Shown here: positions 49,137 through 58,366 of the stretch, piece after piece
Layout of the letters: each line of letters starts with the position of its first letter
How positions within the stretch are numbered: the stretch's first letter is position 1
From: a virus
Virus record (IMG/VR): IMGVR_UViG_3300045110_000102
Location: 16,645 to 80,644 of that record
Direction: 5' to 3' (one strand)
DNA length: 64,000 bases
The notes under the pieces: generated by a model
The model's database searches: none
Seen by the model: the letters and a program-made list of their open reading frames with translations, nothing else
Told to the model about the DNA's origin: nothing
Program-made: the position numbers and the translations under genes

Positions 49137-50005
49137 AGTTGCTCCTTTGATTGCTGCTTCGCTGCAGCGTGGGTGTAGGCTTGCTGGGTTGAGTAGTCGT
49201 CGCGTCGTGGCAGAGACGGGATCGCCTCGGCCAGTTCTCTTGCGTGCTTCGGATGCCGATCACCATCGAGCCACTGCATCACCGCGTTCGCTGCGGCGTT
49301 GCCCTGCTCGACCATGCGCTGATCCTTCACGTCCTCGGTGAGCAGCGCGGTGCGCACATCGAGAATGCAGCGCGCGACGGCGCGGCCTTCATCGACCTGC
49401 TTCATCGCGCGCTTGGTTGAGCCGACCACGAGCGCTTCACCGAAGCGCAGGCAGAGGCCTGCGTCCCAGTGCTTCTCGCTGTCGCGCATCAGCAGCCCGA
49501 GCACGCCGATGAAAGCCAGCGCGCCGGTGGTGGTGCCGACCGTCAGCTTGACGCCGCGCTCGTGCATGCGACCGATGGCATGCTTCGAGATGTAGGCAAG
49601 GTTCATGTCAGCCATCACCGCGCAACTGCCGGGGCGTCGGCAGATGATGCGATGCTGTGAGATGTTGACGCCGGTCTCGGTCACGCCTTCGAGCGGGTGA
49701 TCGCCAGCGCTAAGCGTTGCGAAGTCGAGCCAGACCGAGCGCGTCCCTCCTGCATAGTCGAGCATGAAGTGCGCGCAGTGTTCTGGCGTGACGTGGTCGT
49801 TGAGATGCTTGACGATCTTACGCACCGCAGCGACGCGCTTGATCGGGTTGCCGAGCTTGTGGATGCGCTCGAACGCGTCGAGCACAGCGTCGGTCCAATC
49901 CTTCGCGCCGGGTGCGAGTGCGGTCGCATGCATCGCTTCGCGTCGCCGTAGCTCGCGGAAGTATTGCTCCGCGAAGATACGGCTCGCCGTTGGCAGCGGG
50001 GCCAT
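49133..50005 (-). CDS. Hypothetical protein
   Basis: 290-aa ORF; SKHA.GR..ER motif. Confidence 0.6.
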   Translation of the reverse strand: MAPLPTASRIFAEQYFRELRRREAMHATALAPGAKDWTDAVLDAFERIHKLGNPIKRVAAVRKIVKHLNDHVTPEHCAHFMLDYAGGTRSVWLDFATLSAGDHPLEGVTETGVNISQHRIICRRPGSCAVMADMNLAYISKHAIGRMHERGVKLTVGTTTGALAFIGVLGLLMRDSEKHWDAGLCLRFGEALVVGSTKRAMKQVDEGRAVARCILDVRTALLTEDVKDQRMVEQGNAAANAVMQWLDGDRHPKHARELAEAIPSLPRRDDYSTQQAYTHAAAKQQSKEQL

Positions 50006-50037
50006 GTGGTTTGCCTTCCGGGTTTGAGGTGGTCTGC

Positions 50038-50176
50038 ATCCAGCCCGCAACAGTGGTCGTTCGATCAGCAGTGATCTGCCACGCTACGTTCCGACTTATT
50101 CCCCCCGTCGGCATCGCCGATATTCGCTCCTGTCTTCAGCGGGTCTCTTGGGCCGGGCTCTTACGCCGGGCTGGAT
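50038..50176 (-). ncRNA. Candidate structured intergenic RNA
   Basis: 10-bp closing stem ATCCAGCCCG/CGGGCTGGAT with internal hairpins. Confidence 0.4.
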
Positions 50177-50225
50177 AGTGCGATGAGCACTGTGAGACGG
50201 CGCACGGTGCGCCGTCCTGCAGTGG

Positions 50226-50594
50226 TCACTCCATGCCCCACAGCCGACGAGCGGCGGCGAGGCTGTCGCGATTCTTGCGGTCGAAGGTGTTGCACCGCTC
50301 GGTGTGATCGAGATTGCGCGGCTCGCTGCTCAGCTTCATGTCGCAGCCCTTGCTCGAATTGACGAGCAGCTTGGCCGCGTCACGCAGCGCGCCGGTCGAG
50401 CCTTCGACCAGCCCGCACGCTGACAGCCCGTCGATCATCACCAGCGACGGACAAGGCCCGGCGCGGCGGCGATGAACCTCCGCACCGAGATCGCACAGCG
50501 ATGCGTAACAGCACGCACCGCAGCGATTGCACGGCGCACCGTGCTTCGGCTTGCGCTCCATCATGGAGCGCGGGACAGCGGCGATGATTGCCAT
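50226..50594 (-). CDS. Cys-rich CxxCxxCC protein
   Basis: CNRCGACC...C...CP.L...CGL. Confidence 0.6.
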   Translation of the reverse strand: MAIIAAVPRSMMERKPKHGAPCNRCGACCYASLCDLGAEVHRRRAGPCPSLVMIDGLSACGLVEGSTGALRDAAKLLVNSSKGCDMKLSSEPRNLDHTERCNTFDRKNRDSLAAARRLWGME

Positions 50595-50595
50595 G

Positions 50596-50703
50596 TCACT
50601 TGCAGTGTTGATGTGTGCCGTGGTCGTGGCACGTGTGGTTCGGATGCGCCGCCGCTCCCGTGATCGAGAGCAGCAGCGCGGCGATGATGGCGAGGGTCTT
50701 CAT
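50596..50703 (-). CDS. Tiny secreted His/Cys peptide
   Basis: AAAGGA RBS; signal peptide then HPNHTCHDHGTHQHCK. Confidence 0.55.
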   Translation of the reverse strand: MKTLAIIAALLLSITGAAAHPNHTCHDHGTHQHCK

Positions 50704-50717
50704 GGTGCGTGGTCCTT

Positions 50718-51062
50718 TCAGTGACCGTGATGGAAGGTGCGACCGCCGTCGTGCGAGTGCACGCCGTGAGCCAGTGCTTGCTTGTTGACGCCGCGTCCCG
50801 CGACCAGTTCGGCGCGCGCGATTGCGGCCTTCGCCAGTGCAGTGCCGGTCGCCATGATGCGGCGATAGATGCACGCGTCGGTGCAGCCATCCTTCTCGCT
50901 GTCGGTCATGCCATCGAACGCGATGGCTCCCGTCTTCTTATCGACGAGGACCTTGAGCTTGTTCTTGCGGATCAGTTCGTCAGCGAACGACGCGACCGCC
51001 TTCACTTCGGCGGCGCGCTGCTGGATGGTTTGGTTTTTCTTCAGGCGGGTATCGCAAGGCAT
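50718..51062 (-). CDS. AAA-module associated protein, His-rich tail
   Basis: GAGGAGCAA RBS; ends HSHDGG..FHHGH. Confidence 0.7.
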   Translation of the reverse strand: MPCDTRLKKNQTIQQRAAEVKAVASFADELIRKNKLKVLVDKKTGAIAFDGMTDSEKDGCTDACIYRRIMATGTALAKAAIARAELVAGRGVNKQALAHGVHSHDGGRTFHHGH

Positions 51063-51089
51063 TGTCGTTGCTCCTCTGAGCGTTGAATT

Positions 51090-51122
51090 GAAAACCGGGC
51101 GGCGAGTCATTCGCCGCCCGGC
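51090..51122 (-). terminator. Internal intrinsic terminator
   Basis: CCGGGCGGCGA hairpin followed by TTTT. Confidence 0.7.
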
Positions 51123-51131
51123 AGGTGTCGA

Positions 51132-51908
51132 TCAGATTTCAAGCACGCGCTGCTTCGGCGCAGCCGCCTTGATGTCCGCCGCAGGTGTGAGGTCGAGCGC
51201 GCGCGCGTCCTGCTTGGGCGCGGCGATCTCGTTCGCCTCATCGAGATCGAGGAACGCAGTGCGCGCCTCGGTGACCGAGCGAATAGCCCGCATGTCGATC
51301 TCGACTGCGGCCTGCTCGCCAGCCTTCACCATCTTCTTCGCGGCCTCGCGCGCGGCCTCGACAGCCAGCGTGATGCGTGCCGCAGCTTCTGGCGACAGCA
51401 TCTGTCCGATGCCCCTCGCCTTCGCCGCTGCTTCGCGGATCGACTTGACGTCGAGGTTACGCAAACCAGACTCCATCTGGTTCATCAGGTCGGAGACTTC
51501 GGAGTTGATCGCCTTCACCGCTTCGACGTCGTCGCTGGCGATCTTGCCGACCATGACGTAGACCGACACGCGCGTGAGCGTGGCGGTGCGGTTGAAGTCA
51601 TCGACCACCTTGTGCGCGGCCTTCACTGCGGCATCGAGTTCTTCCTGCGCCTTCTCAGGGCAGAGCAGACCGAACGCCGAGTTGACGCACACGCCGTTGA
51701 TGATCGAGCGCGCCTTGCTGCGCGCCTCGCCTGCCGCCTTGAACTCGACGGGATCAGCGATGGTGCGCTTCGTCTCCCACTCGGCGATAGCCTTGCCATC
51801 GACGATGGTCTCTTGCGCGAGATCGCGCTTCGCGTACTGCACGTTGCCGCGCACCGAGGTCTTGAGGGAGATCAGGAAGCCGGGGCGGAGGGTTTCAAAC
51901 TTAGACAT
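51132..51908 (-). CDS. AAA-module associated helical protein
   Basis: TCAAAGGAGCAA RBS; S.FGLLCP motif. Confidence 0.7.
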   Translation of the reverse strand: MSKFETLRPGFLISLKTSVRGNVQYAKRDLAQETIVDGKAIAEWETKRTIADPVEFKAAGEARSKARSIINGVCVNSAFGLLCPEKAQEELDAAVKAAHKVVDDFNRTATLTRVSVYVMVGKIASDDVEAVKAINSEVSDLMNQMESGLRNLDVKSIREAAAKARGIGQMLSPEAAARITLAVEAAREAAKKMVKAGEQAAVEIDMRAIRSVTEARTAFLDLDEANEIAAPKQDARALDLTPAADIKAAAPKQRVLEI

Positions 51909-51934
51909 GGTCGTTGCTCCTTTGAGCGTTGAGA

Positions 51935-51970
51935 ATAAAAAAGGGCGGTGCGCTTCATGCGACACCGCCC
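51935..51970 (-). terminator. Internal intrinsic terminator
   Basis: GGGCGGTG hairpin followed by TTTTTTATT. Confidence 0.75.
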
Positions 51971-51980
51971 GGGATCAAGA

Positions 51981-53564
51981 TCAGAGATCGAGCGCGACAA
52001 CTTTGCGCGCGGCCTCTGCAGTCTCAGCAGCCGATGCGGGGCGAGCCCGACCAGATGCCCAGTCACGCAGCTTCGCGATCTTCTCGGAAGCCGTCTTGCT
52101 GAGCGGCACCACCGTGGCGGCAGCGTCGATCAGGTCCTGCGTGTTGATCTCGCGAGCGCCATCGTTGAACGCGCAGAACAGCGCGTCAGGCACGATGGCC
52201 GCGATCTCGGAGCCGGTGAATCCCTCGGTCGCCTTCGCGACCTTGGCAGCGTTCACCGCGACGTCACCGCGACCGTGGTCGCGCAGCGCAGCGGAGAGCA
52301 CCGCACCGCGTTCAGTCGTGGTCGGCAGATCGACGAACCAGACTTCGTCGAAGCGCCCTTTGCGCAGAAGCTCGGGCGGCAGTGCAGAGACATCGTTCGC
52401 GGTCGCGATCACGAACGCCTCGCCCTGCCGCTCTTGCATCCAGTTGAGCACCGCACCGAGCGCATCGGATGACACGCCGCCATCCGCCGAGCCCGACGTT
52501 GCACCCTGCAAGGCCTTCTCGATCTCGTCGAACCAGACGACGCAGCGTCCGATTGCTTCGATCAATTTGAAAACCTTGCGAAGGTTCGCCTCGCTGTCGC
52601 CCACAAATTTGGACTTGAGCGCACCGAGATCGACCTTCAACAGCGGCACCGACCACGCCGTGGCGATTGCCTTGGCAGTGAGCGACTTGCCGCAGCCGGG
52701 CACGCCGACCAGCATCGCGCCCTTCGGCGCGGGCAGACCGTACGCGCGCGCCGCCGGGCTGTACGCCGAGCGCCGCACGTTGAGCCAGCCCTTGAGATTG
52801 GCGAGACCGCCGACCGCATCGAGCCCGCCCTTGATCGGGTCGTACCATTCGAGCACGCGCTCGCGAGACACGACGCGCTTCTTCTCGCTGGCGACCATCG
52901 CTGGATCGATCCGGCGCAACTGCACCAGCGACCGCGCGTAGCACGCCTGCGCCTCTTCACCGGAGAGGCCGACCGCAGCGTCGATGGCCGCGTCGCGTTG
53001 ACCGTTCGGCGCTGCGCTCTCACGCAGGTCGTCCGGCAGTCCGTCAATCGCCGCGTCGAGGATGGCGGCGATCTCCGCGCGATCAGGCATCGGCCAATCG
53101 ATGACCGTCGCATGACCAGCAAGCTCCGCCGGGACATCGCCCTTCGGCGAGATGACGATGATCGCCTGCGCGCTCTCACGCGGCGCGCCCGGGAGGGAGC
53201 GTGCGAGGTTGCGCAACTGGCGCATCGTGGTGACGCCGACCGCACCGTCGAGCCACGCGGGAAGGTCCCGCATGATCCAGACGCCGCGCTCGTTGCCCTT
53301 CGAGCGAGAGTCGATCAGCGTCAGCGCAGCGCCCGGGTCTTGAGCGTCGCGCATATCGTTGATCGGCTTGCCCGAGATGTCGGTCACGCCAGCGGCGACG
53401 TCCCACGTGCGCGGGATGTAACCGGCGGCAGCAGCCGCTTCGATCAGCAGCCGCTCGACGCGGGCTTCTTCGCGCGTCACGATCCAGATCAGAGGATTGC
53501 GAGCACGCAGCAGTGCAGAGACGTCAGCAGCCACGATCTGGCCGCGTGTTTTATCGGATGACAT
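51981..53564 (-). CDS. AAA+ ATPase (Ycf46-like)
   Basis: GVPGCGKSL, WFDEIEK, ATAN, LPPELLRKGRFDE, LR.WA..RAR.AS. Confidence 0.9.
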   Translation of the reverse strand: MSSDKTRGQIVAADVSALLRARNPLIWIVTREEARVERLLIEAAAAAGYIPRTWDVAAGVTDISGKPINDMRDAQDPGAALTLIDSRSKGNERGVWIMRDLPAWLDGAVGVTTMRQLRNLARSLPGAPRESAQAIIVISPKGDVPAELAGHATVIDWPMPDRAEIAAILDAAIDGLPDDLRESAAPNGQRDAAIDAAVGLSGEEAQACYARSLVQLRRIDPAMVASEKKRVVSRERVLEWYDPIKGGLDAVGGLANLKGWLNVRRSAYSPAARAYGLPAPKGAMLVGVPGCGKSLTAKAIATAWSVPLLKVDLGALKSKFVGDSEANLRKVFKLIEAIGRCVVWFDEIEKALQGATSGSADGGVSSDALGAVLNWMQERQGEAFVIATANDVSALPPELLRKGRFDEVWFVDLPTTTERGAVLSAALRDHGRGDVAVNAAKVAKATEGFTGSEIAAIVPDALFCAFNDGAREINTQDLIDAAATVVPLSKTASEKIAKLRDWASGRARPASAAETAEAARKVVALDL

Positions 53565-53648
53565 TGAGATGCTCCTTTGAGCGTTTGATATTGAAGACAC
53601 CGGATGGTGCTTCGTGCCGCGCACCTTGCGATGCGCGGAGGCGAAGCA

Positions 53649-53972
53649 TCACGCAGCCAGCGATGCGCCGGAGCGCGCGCGGACTGTGAGGGTCGGCACC
53701 GGCACGAGCTTGATGTGCGCGGTGCGGTACTGCGGCGAGAGCGTGTCGCGATACTCGGCGACGACCGCCTTGATGCTCGCCTTCAGTTCGTCCGAGAGCG
53801 TCTCGCGCTTCGGTGCAGTGACAGCGAGGCGGAAGGCCTCGCCTTCGTAATTGCCGACGTCGAGATCGCCGAGCGACTCCTTCAGTGCGTCCTCTTCGAT
53901 CTTCAGTGCGGCGATCTGCGCCTTGAGATAGCCGAGGCGGTCGATGGTGGCAGACAGGTTGGTGCGCTTCAT
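53649..53972 (-). CDS. Hypothetical phage protein
   Basis: IDRLG.LKAQIA.L; AAAGGAGCAAA RBS. Confidence 0.65.
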   Translation of the reverse strand: MKRTNLSATIDRLGYLKAQIAALKIEEDALKESLGDLDVGNYEGEAFRLAVTAPKRETLSDELKASIKAVVAEYRDTLSPQYRTAHIKLVPVPTLTVRARSGASLAA

Positions 53973-54019
53973 GGTTTGCTCCTTTGCGCGTTGGGTCAGT
54001 GTGGCGAGGTGAGGTGAAC

Positions 54020-54379
54020 TCACTCCCGTACGATTGCTTGAGGGATGCCGGTGAAGGCGACGATGCGGCGAGCCTCTGCCATCGAGCGGCAGGGACGCTC
54101 ACCGAACATGTTCGGCGAGAGCCACACGGTGAGGACGCAGCGCTCGCCGTCGAAGCCAGCGGTGCGGGTGACCGCCTTCTGCTGTGCGCGGATCGCGTCG
54201 CGTTGTTCGATCAGGCCTTCGAAGACCAGTTCGAGTTGATCCACCCAGTGATCAGCACGCGAGTGGCTGGCGCTGATCTCAAGGAAGTCGATGCAGAAGA
54301 CGAAGCGGTCGATCTCCGCTTCCCATGCGGTGGCGTGATCGAGCGTGGCGGAGTTGATCTTGTCGGTGACGGATGACAT
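54020..54379 (-). CDS. Hypothetical protein
   Basis: AAAGGA RBS. Confidence 0.55.
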   Translation of the reverse strand: MSSVTDKINSATLDHATAWEAEIDRFVFCIDFLEISASHSRADHWVDQLELVFEGLIEQRDAIRAQQKAVTRTAGFDGERCVLTVWLSPNMFGERPCRSMAEARRIVAFTGIPQAIVRE

Positions 54380-54390
54380 CGGGTGTCCTT

Positions 54391-54615
54391 TCAGACGTTG
54401 GAGTTGAGTGCAGCGACTGCTGCGTTGATGGCGTCTTGCTTGCCGGTGGTGGAGATGATCTTGAACTTCGTGCCCTTCGCGATGGTGAAGCCGACCGCGT
54501 CGTGCATGCTCTGTCCTTCTTCGACGACCACGTTGCGGTCGAAGTCACCGAACTGCGGTGACCATGTCTTCGTGCTCGGGTCGCGTTCGAGCAGCGTGAA
54601 ATATTTGCGAGCCAT
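54391..54615 (-). CDS. First gene of early operon, hypothetical
   Basis: GAGGA RBS; Y.TL..R...W.PQFGD.DR..V..E. Confidence 0.65.
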   Translation of the reverse strand: MARKYFTLLERDPSTKTWSPQFGDFDRNVVVEEGQSMHDAVGFTIAKGTKFKIISTTGKQDAINAAVAALNSNV

Positions 54616-55079
54616 GTTGTCCTCGTTGGTTGGGGGATGTTGATGCAGTGCATCTCGACACGGCGCTGACGATGCGGGCTGACATTGCAAACTGCGTTGT
54701 CCCGGTTACGTGCGCGCCGTGCTCAGATGCACTCCCTCGTGAGGGAGTGGAATTATTTGGGATGTTGTTGAGGGCTGTCTGTTCAGCCGTTACGTGACAG
54801 GTCCCTCAGTCTGGACCGCTTCCGCCGCTGCTCGTGGTCGGCGTTCGCATGCACTGTCAGGTGATGCAGAAGGCCAGCCGCTTGCGCGAGATCACCGCTC
54901 AGAAGTCGCTTCGGAGTTATCGGTCCGTGGGATGCCATCCCGTCATGAAGCGCCGTGACGCGCTTAGACCGTTTTCTCCGCCCCAACTGAGACGACCGGT
55001 TTTTTCCTGCGGCTTGTGCCGTCCGGGTGTTCGGTCCCGGTCTCGTGCAGCCCCGCGTCAGTGCCGGGCCGAGACCAAG

Positions 55080-55108
55080 ATATAGGGCGAATCGCCCGGG
55101 CCTGCAAG
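55080..55108 (-). promoter_or_regulatory. Alphaproteobacterial sigma70-type early promoter
   Basis: CTTGCA-N17-CTATAT on the minus strand. Confidence 0.75.
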
Positions 55109-55335
55109 TGCTCATTTAACAATAGGTAAGGCCACTGAAATCAATGACTTAGGGGGTGAAAACAGGGCTGAATGCCTGCTCCCGGGCTCGAATCGCGCTC
55201 CTACGTGGGGCGCTGGAGGGTCTCACCGGGGGAGGTTGTCCACTGGTACATGATTGCAAACGCGGGGAATCGCGTGCACGTTTCCGCGCGAATCACGTTC
55301 GCATTTCAACAACCACACCGCATCGAAGGGGCACG

Positions 55336-55803
55336 ATGTTCTGGGCTGTCGCACAATCGCATCCATTGTCAGAACGCAAAGCGATGGCGCATCTCGAACG
55401 TCAGGGCTTCACATCGTACGCACCACGCGAGCGCATCACGCGCATCGTACGCGGTCGCAAGGTGACCGACGCGCGCTGGTTATTCCCGCGCTACCTTTTC
55501 ATCTGGGTCGAGGATCAGTGGCAGCGATGGTTCTCGACCTTCGGCATCTCGACTGTCCTCATGAATGGATCAATGCCCGCGAAGCTCCCCGACGGTTGGA
55601 TCGAAGGCATGCGTGCGCAAGAGCGCAACGGCCTCATCACCGTGAACAAGTCACGCTTCATCAAAGGCCAGCCAGTGCAAGTGTGCGGCGGTCTGCTCGA
55701 TGGACGCAAAGGTATCTACCAAGGCCAGACATCCAGACAGCGCGAGATCGTGCTGCTCGATGTGCTCGGTCGTGTTGAGTTAGCGCCCGGTCTGCTCCGA
55801 TAG
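55336..55803 (+). CDS. NusG/RfaH-family antiterminator
   Basis: W.V.....E..A..HL.RQG...Y.P...LFPRY.F; ST.G...V; KOW G..V....G. Confidence 0.88.
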   Translation: MFWAVAQSHPLSERKAMAHLERQGFTSYAPRERITRIVRGRKVTDARWLFPRYLFIWVEDQWQRWFSTFGISTVLMNGSMPAKLPDGWIEGMRAQERNGLITVNKSRFIKGQPVQVCGGLLDGRKGIYQGQTSRQREIVLLDVLGRVELAPGLLR

Positions 55804-55910
55804 CGTGAGAGCAAACCATACGGTGCGCGGATGATCTGAGAGACGCATTCTCAGTGGCCCGCCGGTAGGCTGTCCGCGATGATGCCTCCCTATAATATGG
55901 ACGGAAACAC

Positions 55911-56351
55911 GTGAGCAGCACCGACGTCGAACTGACAGGCAAAGCGAAGACCCAGTACAAGAAGGGCGATGTCCGCGCTGGTCGCAAGCCGGGCACACCG
56001 AACCGCTTCACCCGCATCCTGAAGGAAGCCGTGCTGATCGCAGCCGAGCTTGAGGGATCAGACGGACAGGGCAAGGGCAAGCTGGTCGGGTTCATGCGCA
56101 AGGTGTCACGCGAAGACATCCGCGCCTTCTGCATGCTGCTCGCCCGGGCGATGCCATTGCAGAACGAGGGCCGCACACTCGACGACGCGCCCGAGGAGGA
56201 CATCACCTACAAGTCGGTCGCCGATGTGCAGCGCGAGCTTGCGTCACGTGGCATCACGCTCGATCTCGCCTTCCGCATCCTGCGCGAGCCGAGCATTGAT
56301 CAGCCGAGCATCGACGAGCGCTTCCTCGCCGGGGAGTCGTTCAAGGGATGA
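55911..56351 (+). CDS. Terminase small subunit (putative)
   Basis: GRKPGTPNR.T..LKEA; upstream of the large subunit. Confidence 0.65.
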   Translation: MSSTDVELTGKAKTQYKKGDVRAGRKPGTPNRFTRILKEAVLIAAELEGSDGQGKGKLVGFMRKVSREDIRAFCMLLARAMPLQNEGRTLDDAPEEDITYKSVADVQRELASRGITLDLAFRILREPSIDQPSIDERFLAGESFKG

Positions 56352-56695
56352 CCGACAGCATCGAGCAGATGGAAGCGAGGGTCCGCTCCATGTTCGAGCA
56401 AGCGGAGATGCTGAAGAAGCGCATCGCCGGGATGGACTTCGAGCTTGCGCCGGTGGTGAAGCAGGAGCGCGATCTCCGCGCCAGCATCGAGCGCACGCAC
56501 GGCGGACCGGGCAAGTTCAAGGCAGCGACCGCACCTGATCGAGCACCGATGTTCGAGAAGCTCACCGACATCGCAGTGAAGCACGGACGCCGCAAGCAGG
56601 AGAACGCGCAAGCGAAGCGCGCCGTGAAGGCGTACCTCAAAGAGATCACCGGCATCGTCAAGCTGGTGCGCAAGATGCAGGAGAGTTCGAAGTGA
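56348..56695 (+). CDS. Hypothetical protein
   Basis: ATGA coupling. Confidence 0.55.
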   Translation: MTDSIEQMEARVRSMFEQAEMLKKRIAGMDFELAPVVKQERDLRASIERTHGGPGKFKAATAPDRAPMFEKLTDIAVKHGRRKQENAQAKRAVKAYLKEITGIVKLVRKMQESSK

Positions 56696-56886
56696 ACACG
56701 GTGATCCTCGATCTCGCTGCGGCGGATCAGCACTTGCTCAGCTACAAGCGCAAGCAGTTGTCGCGCGCCGATCTGGTGCTCGCGCTGCGTGATGAATGCA
56801 ACGTGCCATCGCATCTGATCGACGTCGCGATTGCAGAGATCGACGACACGCCATTGCACAAACTGGAGCAAGAGATTGAGGGCTGA
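56692..56886 (+). CDS. Hypothetical protein
   Basis: GTGA coupling. Confidence 0.5.
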   Translation: MNTVILDLAAADQHLLSYKRKQLSRADLVLALRDECNVPSHLIDVAIAEIDDTPLHKLEQEIEG

Positions 56887-56889
56887 CCG

Positions 56890-58353
56890 ATGGTGCGCTT
56901 ATCACCACCGAAGGAAGAGTACTGGCCCGCAGATGTAAGCGCCGTTGGTGAAGTACCTGCAGCAATCGCACGTGAGGACTTCTACGCGTTCCGCAAGATC
57001 ATCCGACCGCGCCTGATGTTCGCGTGGTGGCAGCGCGATGTTGCGAAGAACCTGATGGACTTCTACGACGACCTACTCGCAGGCAAGCGACCAGCCATCG
57101 TGCTGATGGCACCACCGCAACACGGCAAGACCGAGCAGGTGGCGGACTTCATCGCGTGGGCATCGGGCAGAGACCCGAGCTTGAAGACGATCTTCGGCAG
57201 CTACTCGGAAGACCTTGGCGTGCGCGTGAACATGACGCTGCAGCGTACGTTCGAGAGCCCACGCTATCGCGCGGTGTTCGGCAACACGCGCATCAACAGT
57301 GAGAACGTATCGAGCGATGCCGGTCGATGGATGCGCAACACCTCGCTGCTTGAGTTCGTGAAGCGCGAGGGATCATTCCGCAACACGACGGTGATGGGCC
57401 AGATCAACGGCATGGGGCTGAGCCTCGGCGTGATCGACGATCCGATGAAGGGCCGAGCCGAAGCGTCATCGAAGACGATACGCGACAAGACATGGAGTTG
57501 GTTGACCGATGACTTCTTCGGTCGCTTCACTGACGACGCTGGGCTGATCATGATCATGACGCGCTGGCACCTCGACGATCCTGCGGGCCGATGGCTCGAA
57601 CACTTTCCGAACACGCGTGTGCTGCGCTATCCCGCCATCGCTGAAGAGGACGAGGAATTCCGCAAGAAGGGCGAGCCGCTCTTCCCTGAGCACAAGTCGC
57701 TGGAGTTCTTGCTCGACCGCAAGAAGGTGCTGACCGAAGCGGGATGGCAGAGCATCTATCAGCAGCGCCCCATCGCTGCAGGTGGCGACATGTTTCCGGG
57801 CGAGCGCTTCCGCGTGATCAGCAGCGTTGATCGCAACGCCGTGCGCCGCTCGATCCGCTACGTTGACAAGGCGGACACGCAAGACGGCGGCGCGTTCACT
57901 GCGTGCGCACTGGTGCACGACATGAAGGACGGCACGACCGTCGTCGAGGACATGCTACGCGGACAATGGACTGCGCTCGAACGTGACACGCGCATCCTGC
58001 AGGCAGCAGAGGCCGACAAGAAGACGTGCCCGCGCTACTCGATCTGGTTCGAGCAAGAGCCCGGCAGCGGCGGCAAGGAGTCAGCGGAGTCCAGCGTGCG
58101 CAAGTTCAGGGGCTTCAACGTTCAACTCGACAAGGTGACAGGGTCGAAGGAAGTGCGGGCCGAGCCGTACGCAGCGCAGGTGCAGGCCGGTCAAGTGTCA
58201 CTGGTTGCGGGATCGTGGAATAGATTGTTCATCGAAGAGCACGAGCAGTTTCCGTTCGGCAAGTACATGGATCAGGTGGACGCGACTGCAGGTGCGTTCA
58301 ACAAGCTCGCATCGCAAATCGGGAGTTATGACCGCACGATGTCGTGGGTCTGA
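56890..58353 (+). CDS. terL: Terminase large subunit
   Basis: PPQHGKT, IDDP.K, TRWH.DD, YQQ.P, FP.G..DQVD. Confidence 0.95.
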   Translation: MVRLSPPKEEYWPADVSAVGEVPAAIAREDFYAFRKIIRPRLMFAWWQRDVAKNLMDFYDDLLAGKRPAIVLMAPPQHGKTEQVADFIAWASGRDPSLKTIFGSYSEDLGVRVNMTLQRTFESPRYRAVFGNTRINSENVSSDAGRWMRNTSLLEFVKREGSFRNTTVMGQINGMGLSLGVIDDPMKGRAEASSKTIRDKTWSWLTDDFFGRFTDDAGLIMIMTRWHLDDPAGRWLEHFPNTRVLRYPAIAEEDEEFRKKGEPLFPEHKSLEFLLDRKKVLTEAGWQSIYQQRPIAAGGDMFPGERFRVISSVDRNAVRRSIRYVDKADTQDGGAFTACALVHDMKDGTTVVEDMLRGQWTALERDTRILQAAEADKKTCPRYSIWFEQEPGSGGKESAESSVRKFRGFNVQLDKVTGSKEVRAEPYAAQVQAGQVSLVAGSWNRLFIEEHEQFPFGKYMDQVDATAGAFNKLASQIGSYDRTMSWV

Positions 58354-58366
58354 TAGGAGATCGAAC

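Noticed and set aside
50100-50142. Hammerhead ribozyme (CUGAAGA on the minus strand)
   Set aside because: No stem II, GAAU instead of GAAA, and no canonical UH cleavage site
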